DNA of 64,000 nt, from IMG/VR virus record IMGVR_UViG_3300036715_001783, positions 1 through 64,000 of that record; one strand, written 5' to 3'. Position 1 is the stretch's first letter. Every line of letters begins with the position of its first letter. This stretch comes from a virus. A program made the position numbers and the translations under genes. Positions 10,858 through 17,614 of the stretch are shown here, in pieces. The notes beneath the pieces were generated by a model. It worked only from the letters and a program-made list of their open reading frames with translations, made no database searches and was not told where the DNA came from.

Positions 10858-11100
10858 ATGACTACAGTAAATTATTTATACAATATTGGTGTTGAAGTGT
10901 TTCATGTTGATCCAATAAAAGGAGTTCGTGATGCAGTTGTACGAGCTCTAACTATATCCGTTACACAAGCTGGACAAACCATTTCATATGAAATTGTATT
11001 TAAGAAGCCAGAAAATGGTAGTGCAATTGTACCAGAGCCCACATTATATGCTGATGTGGATTCTGCTCTAATTGCATACCGACCTTCTATTTTAGTATAG
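10858..11100 (+). CDS. Late hypothetical protein; C-terminus replaced by endonuclease insertion
   Basis: ATAAATA upstream; ends YRPSILV*, with a twin YRPTVVVP* at 11814-11840. Confidence 0.6.
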   Translation: MTTVNYLYNIGVEVFHVDPIKGVRDAVVRALTISVTQAGQTISYEIVFKKPENGSAIVPEPTLYADVDSALIAYRPSILV

Positions 11101-11788
11101 CTTTACAATACTCGTTGTGCCACCGTGTAATAACACTGGCACAACAAGTTAATCCACAGCGTGTGCATGTTTTTTGTTTCCTCACCTTGGGCTTTTTTAG
11201 TTTTGTTTTTTGTTCATCTGTCCAAACTCTTCCTTTCTTAGCTTTTGATATTTTCTGTCTTGTTTCTTCTGATACTATCTTCCCTAAATGGGCATCTCTA
11301 AATATTTTTTTATATTCTTCAGTTTGTCGTTTTTGTCTTGTTTCTTCTGTCTGTGAGGAACCCAATCTAGCTTTTCTTATTTTCTGTCTTGTTTCTTCTG
11401 TTTGTATCCGCCTTTTCCCTGCTTCACTTAACTTCAATCTGGTTTCATCTGATATATTTTGTTTTGTTACTGATAGTAAGCGTTTGGTTTCGTCTGAGTG
11501 ACGGTGGTTTAATCCTCCAGGTACTAAATTATACCCATTGGGAGTAAGTGTTTTATGTTCGTTAATGAAATGTTCTTCTAGCTTATTAGCTTCCTCTATT
11601 GTTAAATTTTCTGCCAGATATTCTTGAACAAACATATCCCATCCATATTTTTGTATGGCATTATTAAATGCTCTACATTTACTAGAAGGAGAAGCATGTT
11701 CCCTCATCCTTTTATTAAAATTAGATGTTTGTCCTATATAGGATTTGCCAGATGGACTTGTTATTTTGTAAATAGTATAATTGTGCAT
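11087..11788 (-). CDS. GIY-YIG homing endonuclease with NUMOD3 repeats
   Basis: IYKITSPSGKSYIGQT, NGYN, repeated SEETRQKIS. Confidence 0.9.
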   Translation of the reverse strand: MHNYTIYKITSPSGKSYIGQTSNFNKRMREHASPSSKCRAFNNAIQKYGWDMFVQEYLAENLTIEEANKLEEHFINEHKTLTPNGYNLVPGGLNHRHSDETKRLLSVTKQNISDETRLKLSEAGKRRIQTEETRQKIRKARLGSSQTEETRQKRQTEEYKKIFRDAHLGKIVSEETRQKISKAKKGRVWTDEQKTKLKKPKVRKQKTCTRCGLTCCASVITRWHNEYCKAILK

Positions 11789-11849
11789 TGTTTACTCCAG
11801 TATCACATATTTATACCGTCCAACAGTTGTTGTTCCGTAAAAATAACTG

Positions 11850-11877
11850 TTGACTTTTATCAAAAAATGTGTATAAT
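11850..11877 (+). promoter_or_regulatory. Sigma70-like promoter heading the tRNA cluster
   Basis: TTGACT-N16-TATAAT. Confidence 0.7.
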
Positions 11878-11959
11878 GCTCAAAATGAATTACGAAATAC
11901 ATTTTTCTCAGTTTTATGGGACGATGTACTAAATAGAATACCACAAAGAGAAAATTGAA

Positions 11960-12037
11960 ATGTTTATAATTACAACAACCATAGTAGCGAGAGCGAAAAC
12001 AACCAAGGTGAATAATAATTCATCAGGTCGGGTCTAG
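11960..12037 (+). CDS. Putative attenuator leader peptide MFIITTTIVARAKTTKVNNNSSGRV
   Basis: 25-codon ORF between promoter and terminator; its 3' end can pair with the terminator 5' arm. Confidence 0.7.
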   Translation: MFIITTTIVARAKTTKVNNNSSGRV

Positions 12038-12068
12038 TTGTAATTAAAATTTTTAATTGAACTTTACA

Positions 12069-12102
12069 GCCCCGGTCTTCTGAAAAGAAACCGGGGTTTT
12101 TT
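12069..12102 (+). terminator. Intrinsic terminator of the attenuator
   Basis: GCCCCGGT-CTTCT-GAAA-AGAA-ACCGGGGT followed by a T tract, just upstream of the first tRNA. Confidence 0.85.
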
Positions 12103-12133
12103 GTTATTTGGGTATAAGTTAAAAATAGTTTTT

Positions 12134-12206
12134 GGGGATGTATCTCAATTGGTAGAGCGGAACACTTGCAATGTTTAGGTAGCAGGATCATAGCCTGTCA
12201 TCTCCA
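12134..12206 (+). tRNA. tRNA-Ala(TGC), variant T-loop ATCATAG
   Basis: GGGGATG/CATCTCC acceptor with G3-U70; GAACA-CTTGCAA-TGTTT anticodon arm. Confidence 0.8.
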
Positions 12207-12981
12207 CAAAAAATACGGGTAGATCACGATAACCAGATTCCCATTTCGCTATACGTTGATATAATTCTTCTAATGTGATCATTGAGTGTTTACGTGATTT
12301 GTTGATGGTCCAAGGAACCAATTCAGCGTTAGCTGGATGAGACATGATATTGGGGTCGATATTATTACTAAATCCATCTTGGATTCTGTATAAATGATCC
12401 CAAGATAGTCCTGTAGGGTTGTATAGTCCTTTGTTTGAGGGAGTATACCACCCAAATTTGGATATTAGTGTGGAATTAAATAGCTGTGGGTGTTCTTTTT
12501 TGTTTATATTAAATTTACAAAGTGCTCGATATCTTATTTTACCATTTTTGGTTATATTGCAGGTTGGATGACAAAAGATGTGATTTTTGGAATTGGATAC
12601 AAATATTGAGTCACACGTGGGACACGTCTTGGAAATCTTGGGTTTAGGAATATATGTTCCATATGATTTGTTTTTTGTAGTTGGATTGTCAAAATGTATA
12701 GTTCCGAGTTTCTTGCGCCAGGTATTTTGGGTTTTAAAAATAAAGTTTGGATCTCTTGTATTATTAGTATATGTTGCAGAACAAGAAGAGTTGCAAAATT
12801 GTTGAGTTTTCTTCTCGTACGGTAAAGGAGAATCACACTGTTTACAGTAATTTAGATTTTTATTATATAATAATATTCTATCAGCTTTACTTTGAATAGT
12901 TTCTGGGTGTTTGGTAGTTTTGTGGCGATGCATCGCTTTATACGATTGATGTGATGAACCACAAGTTGGGCAGTTAAACAT
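12175..12981 (-). CDS. Zn-finger/HNH-like homing endonuclease; 3' end overlaps tRNA-Ala
   Basis: C2H2 and FC..SC motifs; SWDH....GF.NNI.P.IMSHPAN; CATAAATA promoter upstream. Confidence 0.75.
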   Translation of the reverse strand: MFNCPTCGSSHQSYKAMHRHKTTKHPETIQSKADRILLYNKNLNYCKQCDSPLPYEKKTQQFCNSSCSATYTNNTRDPNFIFKTQNTWRKKLGTIHFDNPTTKNKSYGTYIPKPKISKTCPTCDSIFVSNSKNHIFCHPTCNITKNGKIRYRALCKFNINKKEHPQLFNSTLISKFGWYTPSNKGLYNPTGLSWDHLYRIQDGFSNNIDPNIMSHPANAELVPWTINKSRKHSMITLEELYQRIAKWESGYRDLPVFFVEMTGYDPAT

Positions 12982-13058
12982 AGTACAATGTCCTTATTTT
13001 AATGGGTATCTGTATTTATGAGTTCGAAAAGGGGAAGTTCCACATAAGTAGTATAAAT

Positions 13059-13131
13059 GGTTGTATAGCTCAATTGGTAGAGCACTAGTCTTTTAAACTA
13101 GGTGTTCGGGGTTCAAGTCCCCGTGCAGCCA
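13059..13131 (+). tRNA. tRNA-Lys(TTT)
   Basis: Canonical cloverleaf, CTAGT-CTTTTAA-ACTAG. Confidence 0.92.
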
Positions 13132-13172
13132 CATACAGATGTTGATTTTTAAATTGATATCGTATATAATAA

Positions 13173-13246
13173 GCTCTTATATTTTAGTGATAGAATAAAA
13201 CTTTGGTATAGTTTAGGCACCAGTTTGATTCTGGTTAAGAGCTCCA
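13173..13246 (+). tRNA. tRNA-Thr(GGT), AU-rich and atypical, encoded CCA
   Basis: GCTCTTA/TAAGAGC-T-CCA; AAACT-TTGGTAT-AGTTT; T-loop TTTGATT. Confidence 0.6.
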
Positions 13247-13248
13247 CT

Positions 13249-13320
13249 GGTCGTAACGCCAAATGGCATGGCAACGGTTTTACATACCGTCACAAGTAGG
13301 TTCGATTCCTACTACGACTA
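13249..13320 (+). tRNA. tRNA-Val(TAC)
   Basis: GGTCGTA/TACGACT; ACGGT-TTTACAT-ACCGT; GTAGG-TTCGATT-CCTAC. Confidence 0.85.
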
Positions 13321-13388
13321 CAAAATTTATCCACAGTTGATTTTAAATGATAATTGTGTATAATGTATTAAATGAGTTAAACAAATAT

Positions 13389-13471
13389 AACTGCTGCACT
13401 GACAACCTAGGGTTACTTCACGCTTCTTAGAAGGCGTCACCCCCCCTTAATTGTTAATAATTAGCTCAGTT
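13389..13471 (+). ncRNA. Short Y-RNA-like gene 1 (no tRNA domain)
   Basis: AACTG-CTGCA...GGGTTACTTC-hairpin...CCC...TAGCT-CAGTT, same scaffold as the other four copies. Confidence 0.6.
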
Positions 13472-13474
13472 TAT

Positions 13475-13546
13475 TCCATCCAATGCACAAGGTGTGCAGA
13501 CTGACTGTTAATCAGTTCGAGCCGGGTTCGATTCCTGGGGATGGAG
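13475..13546 (+). tRNA. tRNA-Asn(GTT), atypical (A8-A9, D-loop CAAGGTG)
   Basis: TCCATCC/GGATGGA-G; ACTGA-CTGTTAA-TCAGT. Confidence 0.8.
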
Positions 13547-13640
13547 CAAAATGGTTATTCGGCGCTTACGTTGATGTCGTAGAGTGTACAGACACAGATA
13601 AGTGTAGGTTAAACGCCTGGCGCGTCGCTAACCATTTTAT

Positions 13641-13712
13641 TCCGAGGTAGTTCAGCGGTAGAACATCGCACTGTTAATGCGCTTGTCGGGGGGTCGATCC
13701 CCTCCCTTGGAG
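13641..13712 (+). tRNA. tRNA-Asn(GTT)
   Basis: TCCGAGG/CCTTGGA-G; CGCA-CTGTTAA-TGCG. Confidence 0.88.
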
Positions 13713-13734
13713 CTTAATAAAAAGGAGTTATATA

Positions 13735-14259
13735 ATGGTTGTTATTAATATTTTTGGTGCTCCTGGTAGTGGTAAATCAACGGCTGCAGCTGGTTTATTT
13801 CATTTAATGAAATTATCTGGATTTTCAGTGGAGCTTGTTACAGAATATGCAAAAGATATGGTTTGGGAAGAAAGAGGTAATATTTTCACGGACCAATTGT
13901 ATATGTTAGCTAAACAAAATCGTAAGTTGTTGCGATTGGATGGTAAGGTTGAATATGTTATTACTGATTCGCCTATCATAATGAGTGAAGCATATGTTAA
14001 TGATACACCTTACAGGGATACATTAACACAGTTGATTAAAGAAGTGTTTTTGAGTTATAATAACATCAATATCTTCATTAATAGAAGTCATGAATATCAA
14101 GAAATTGGTAGAAATCAGACAAGTGAAGAAGCAATGGAATTAGCAACACAAATTAAAACATTGTTAGTTAAACATGATGTTGAGTTTACAGAGTTTGATT
14201 CAGATAAAGTTACGCCAGAAGGATTATTATCCCACTTGTTGACATTATTTGAGAAATGA
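13735..14259 (+). CDS. NadR/Ttd14-like (AAA_28) P-loop kinase
   Basis: INIFGAPGSGKST, VTEYAK, ITDSP, GRNQ. Confidence 0.8.
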   Translation: MVVINIFGAPGSGKSTAAAGLFHLMKLSGFSVELVTEYAKDMVWEERGNIFTDQLYMLAKQNRKLLRLDGKVEYVITDSPIIMSEAYVNDTPYRDTLTQLIKEVFLSYNNINIFINRSHEYQEIGRNQTSEEAMELATQIKTLLVKHDVEFTEFDSDKVTPEGLLSHLLTLFEK

Positions 14260-14295
14260 GTATAATACTCCGCATAAGTTAGTAAAAGATTAAAA

Positions 14296-14368
14296 GCCAC
14301 ATTAGCTCAATTGGTAGAGCAGTTGATTTGTAATCAACAGGTTGGGGGTTCGAAGCCTCTATGTGGCT
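14296..14368 (+). tRNA. tRNA-Thr(TGT)
   Basis: Canonical, GTTGA-TTTGTAA-TCAAC. Confidence 0.92.
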
Positions 14369-14372
14369 CAAA

Positions 14373-14518
14373 TGCAGTTGCAACAAGAAGAGTTACTTCA
14401 CTGTTAATGAAGTGGTCCGGGTTCGATTCCTGGGTTCTCCGCAAAATGTTTTACTTTTGGAGAATTGATGTAAATTGGGAGCACACTAAAAATCTCTCTT
14501 CTTAATTTTATCTCTGCA
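14373..14518 (+). ncRNA. Y-RNA-like gene 2 (YrlA-type permuted tRNA domain with Asn GTT loop)
   Basis: TGCAG/CTGCA terminal stem; GTTACTTCA-CTGTTAA-TGAAG; T arm, closed acceptor GTTCTCC/GGAGAAT, then D arm. Confidence 0.75.
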
Positions 14519-14545
14519 ATTTTTTAATAATAACAGGAGACAAAA

Positions 14546-14767
14546 ATGTCTAGTATGTTACAAGAAACCCCAGAAAATATTCTTGAATATGTTGGGTTAA
14601 TTGGTAAGAAAGTTAGAAAGGCAAAAAAACCCTTTTTATCGGGATTACAAATTAACACAGTTAAGGGTATTGTTATTGAGCAACACATTAACCGATATGG
14701 TTTTATTTTTGAAGAGGACGAATCGGTGGTTGAGTGTTGGCGTTGTGTTGGAGTTGATGATGAATGA
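14546..14767 (+). CDS. Hypothetical phage protein
   Basis: RBS AGGAG; KPF.SG...NTVKG motif. Confidence 0.6.
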   Translation: MSSMLQETPENILEYVGLIGKKVRKAKKPFLSGLQINTVKGIVIEQHINRYGFIFEEDESVVECWRCVGVDDE

Positions 14768-14918
14768 GCCAGGATTGAAGTGGGTTAATCATTCAGAATT
14801 GATGAAACTATCTCGTGATAGAGACGACAAGAAAATTGATTATGAGCTAGTAGCTTGGCCTACAGCTAATTCGCCTTACTTACTAAAGTTTTGTATTAAG
14901 GTGAAGTAAAAAGAATAT

Positions 14919-15052
14919 GTGGTTGCAATTTTGAGAGATACTTCGCCTATTAAGCGGGTGGCCGGAGGTTCGAGTCCTTCCAATATCAGTAATGATGTTG
15001 TAGCTCAGTTGGTTAGAGCACCTAAAACCTCTCTCGATAACTTTATCTCCAC
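14919..15052 (+). ncRNA. Y-RNA-like gene 3 (permuted tRNA domain, ATT loop)
   Basis: GTGG-TTGCA...GATACTTCGC-CTATTAA-GCGGG; GGAGG-TTCGAGT-CCTTC; AATATCA-GTAA-TGATGTT; GCTC-AGTTGGTTA-GAGC; ...TATCT-CCAC. Confidence 0.8.
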
Positions 15053-15071
15053 TAATATATTATAACGAAAC

Positions 15072-15207
15072 AAGCCGTTGCAAAGTATAGACATACTTCA
15101 AACAATCTGAAGGTCGCAGGTTCGAATCCTGCTCACTTATACGTAGGTGGTAACTCAGTCGGTAGAGTGTCTGACAATAAAAGAGTCTGTGCAATTATAT
15201 CTCGGTT
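15072..15207 (+). ncRNA. Y-RNA-like gene 4 (permuted tRNA domain)
   Basis: AAGCCG-TTGCA...CATACTTC; GCAGG-TTCGAAT-CCTGC; TCACTTA-TACG-TAGGTGG; ACTC-AGTCGGTA-GAGT; ...TATCT-CGGTT. Confidence 0.8.
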
Positions 15208-15211
15208 TATT

Positions 15212-15284
15212 TGGTAGAGAGCCTGTGGTGGCTAGGCGCTGGGATTTAATCCTTGAAGAATGTGGTTCGAATCCACATCTACCA
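15212..15284 (+). tRNA. tRNA with Gln-like acceptor and apparent TTA (ochre) anticodon
   Basis: TGGTAGA/TCTACCA; TGTGG-TTCGAAT-CCACA; weak anticodon stem CTGGG-ATTTAAT-CCTTG. Confidence 0.55.
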
Positions 15285-15319
15285 ACATTTTTACAACTAC
15301 ACAGTGGAGAGTATCGATA

Positions 15320-15633
15320 TGAATGATAACCAAATAATTGAACCCATTTCTCCTAATGACATTGATGCAGAAGCAGGAAAACAAATCCCATCTGTTGTTA
15401 TTGCAATTGTGAATACTCTATTGGCTGAAAAGTGGAAGGGGAAAAGTGCTACTATCAGACAAGATGACATCATTGAACAAATTGTTGCAAAGATGTCTGT
15501 TTCCAGAGAGTTTGTATTCCAATCCAATTGGTTGGATTTTGAAGGGTTATTTAGAAGTAAAGGTTGGAAAGTGAGTTATGAAAAGCCTTGCAGAGGTGAA
15601 AGTTTTGCAGCATTTTTCAGATTCGAAAAATAG
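15320..15633 (+). CDS. Hypothetical phage protein (start near MNDNQ)
   Basis: GGAG RBS; IP..VI..VN.L, WLD.E..F...GWKV.Y.KP. Confidence 0.6.
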
Positions 15634-15639
15634 AACAAA

Positions 15640-15755
15640 AAGCCTTGGTTGGGAATAAAATTCCTGCAGTGGTAGCACGGTGGTTCGATTCCACCTATGT
15701 CTGGACAGACTGCATAAATCCTTGGGAATATGGGGTTCAACTCCCCACAAGGCTT
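15640..15755 (+). ncRNA. tRNA-like structured RNA with two T-arm-like hairpins
   Basis: AAGCCTTG/CAAGGCTT ends; GGTGG-TTCGATT-CCACC and TGGGG-TTCAACT-CCCCA. Confidence 0.6.
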
Positions 15756-15757
15756 CT

Positions 15758-15906
15758 AAGAATGTAACACATGAAATGCCCATGTCCTGGCTGACGAGCT
15801 TACTTTTGAAATAGGTGGTACTATTTGAAGTGTAGCGCAGGGTGGTGAAGCTGGAGTACCGACTAGCTAATAAACAATGTTGGAAGCTTGCGCCCAACAC
15901 ATTCTT
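15758..15906 (+). ncRNA. Structured ncRNA candidate
   Basis: AAGAATGT/ACATTCTT ends enclosing several hairpins; GC-richer than flanks. Confidence 0.5.
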
Positions 15907-16156
15907 TTCAAATATTAGGAGATACGCCGTGACCGATTTAAGCACATTAGAATTAACAGTTGGAGTTACACATCCACGTCATCCAAAATGTAAGGGTGAA
16001 GGTTATACTGATCATGATGGGAACACTGAGTATGATTGTGGATATAATACCACTATTGAATGTGATGAATGTAAGTATTGTTTACATGATGATGGTCGCC
16101 CAGTGGGCAGAAAAGATCCAGCTGCAAAATGTAATCAAATGAAATAGGAGTTCAAA

Positions 16157-16447
16157 ATGTTTGGAGATGCTATATTTCAAGATGGTTATGGTGATGGATC
16201 TGGTGATGGATCTGGTGATGGATCTGGTGATGGTTGGAGTAGAGAAGATGATTATTGTTCATTTCAGTTATCCAATAACACATTTGTTAGAGACCCATTA
16301 TATTATCACAGTTGGTTTAAGTTTAAAGAAATAAGAGAAGAGACTGAAAAAGCTTACCTTATTAAAATTAAAGGATATAAACCATTTTGGGTAGCAAAGT
16401 CGTTGATTAAAAGAAAGAATGATAGTAAAATATTAGTTCATACGTAG
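16157..16447 (+). CDS. GDGS-repeat phage protein
   Basis: GYGDGSGDGSGDGSGDG; ETEKAYL motif. Confidence 0.6.
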   Translation: MFGDAIFQDGYGDGSGDGSGDGSGDGWSREDDYCSFQLSNNTFVRDPLYYHSWFKFKEIREETEKAYLIKIKGYKPFWVAKSLIKRKNDSKILVHT

Positions 16448-16512
16448 ATATTTACAAAATGCTTAAAAGAACATAAAAAGGTCAAGAAGTTAAAAATAGT
16501 GAATCGACCATT

Positions 16513-16591
16513 TCTACGGTAATGTCAACCTGGTAACAATGGGTGGGGTGAAATCTTATTCATATTGTGGGTTCAAATCCCACCCGTAGAG
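16513..16591 (+). tRNA. Atypical tRNA, extended anticodon stem, GAA (Phe) loop
   Basis: TCTACGG/CCGTAGA-G; GTGGG-TTCAAAT-CCCAC; TGGGTGGG-GTGAAAT-CTTATTCA. Confidence 0.55.
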
Positions 16592-16606
16592 CACAAAAAG
16601 TATTAT

Positions 16607-16681
16607 ACTCCACTAGCTCAATTGGTTAGAGCGTCCAACTCATAATTGGAGGGTTCTGGGTTCAAGTCCCAGGTCGGAGTA
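16607..16681 (+). tRNA. tRNA-CAT (Ile2 or elongator Met)
   Basis: TCCAA-CTCATAA-TTGGA; 1-nt bulge in the acceptor stem. Confidence 0.8.
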
Positions 16682-16762
16682 CAAAGTAGGGAGTCAAGAT
16701 GATAACTTGAAACAGCTGCATTAATCAGCATCAGCTTCCCTATTAATTTTAATTATTAGGAG

Positions 16763-17086
16763 ATGAATATGAGTGAACGACACCCATACACAGTTATTAT
16801 TGAAGGAGATGAGGGCGATGGTGATTATATCACTCACGAATTTGCTGCAACTGATGTTGATATGGCCTTATTGGTTAAATTTGTGGAATTAGCTAGACCA
16901 TTAAGAGGTAAGTTTCTTATTGGTGATTGTAGAATTAATGGGTCTAATCCAGAAGATATATATCCATCTTTGACGACCATTGAATTAGAACGACTTGCTG
17001 ATATGTTCCCTTGTGGCGAACATGGAATACACCAAGTTCGATCTATTAAATTTGCACCCATTGTTAACTGGGTGGAAATGTTATAA
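16763..17086 (+). CDS. Hypothetical protein
   Basis: ORF with RBS. Confidence 0.5.
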   Translation: MNMSERHPYTVIIEGDEGDGDYITHEFAATDVDMALLVKFVELARPLRGKFLIGDCRINGSNPEDIYPSLTTIELERLADMFPCGEHGIHQVRSIKFAPIVNWVEML

Positions 17087-17094
17087 CCAAATAT

Positions 17095-17172
17095 AAACTG
17101 TTGCACTGCACCGAAGGGTTACTTCACATATAATGAAACCAAACACCCTTTACCGCAATTATATCTCAGTTT
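17095..17172 (+). ncRNA. Short Y-RNA-like gene 5 (no tRNA domain)
   Basis: AAACTG-TTGCA...AAGGGTTACTTCA-CATATAA-TGAA...CCCTT...TATCT-CAGTTT. Confidence 0.65.
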
Positions 17173-17175
17173 TAT

Positions 17176-17247
17176 TCCAGCTAAATCACAAGGTGTGATA
17201 CTCGACTGTTAATCGATTTAAGCCAGGTTCGATTCCTGGAGTTGGAG
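17176..17247 (+). tRNA. tRNA-Asn(GTT), atypical (paralogue of 13475)
   Basis: TCCAGCT/AGTTGGA-G; D-loop CAAGGTG; TCGA-CTGTTAA-TCGA. Confidence 0.8.
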
Positions 17248-17272
17248 CATACATTAATTTTAGGAGACACAA

Positions 17273-17614
17273 ATGAGTAAAGTGGATCATTATAAAGGTA
17301 CAATTGTAAAAATACCTGATTTAGTTGGTAAATCGTTTACAGAATCGATTGATTGGTTGTTAGCTAATGGTCATGAGATTGAAGACTTCGAACTTGAAGA
17401 TGAATACATGAGTGATCCTAATGTGGTTGTTGTGAATGGTGAGTTTTATTTTATAACAAGAACAGAGCTGGATGACGATGATGATATTTTGTATGCAAAG
17501 TCAATTCCAGGTGGATATGAATTTGATGTGAAGTATTATAACGGTGGTGTAAGTTTTGACGAAGCACTAGAGGATGCAGTAATAGCTGCAACCAACCGGG
17601 AGATGTCTGAATGA
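17273..17614 (+). CDS. Hypothetical phage protein
   Basis: HYKG...YYNGG.SF.EALE motif; RBS. Confidence 0.6.
   Translation: MSKVDHYKGTIVKIPDLVGKSFTESIDWLLANGHEIEDFELEDEYMSDPNVVVVNGEFYFITRTELDDDDDILYAKSIPGGYEFDVKYYNGGVSFDEALEDAVIAATNREMSE

Noticed and set aside
15794-15840. CTGACGA resembling a hammerhead ribozyme core
   Set aside because: No GAAA after the stem and no cleavage-site stem arrangement.
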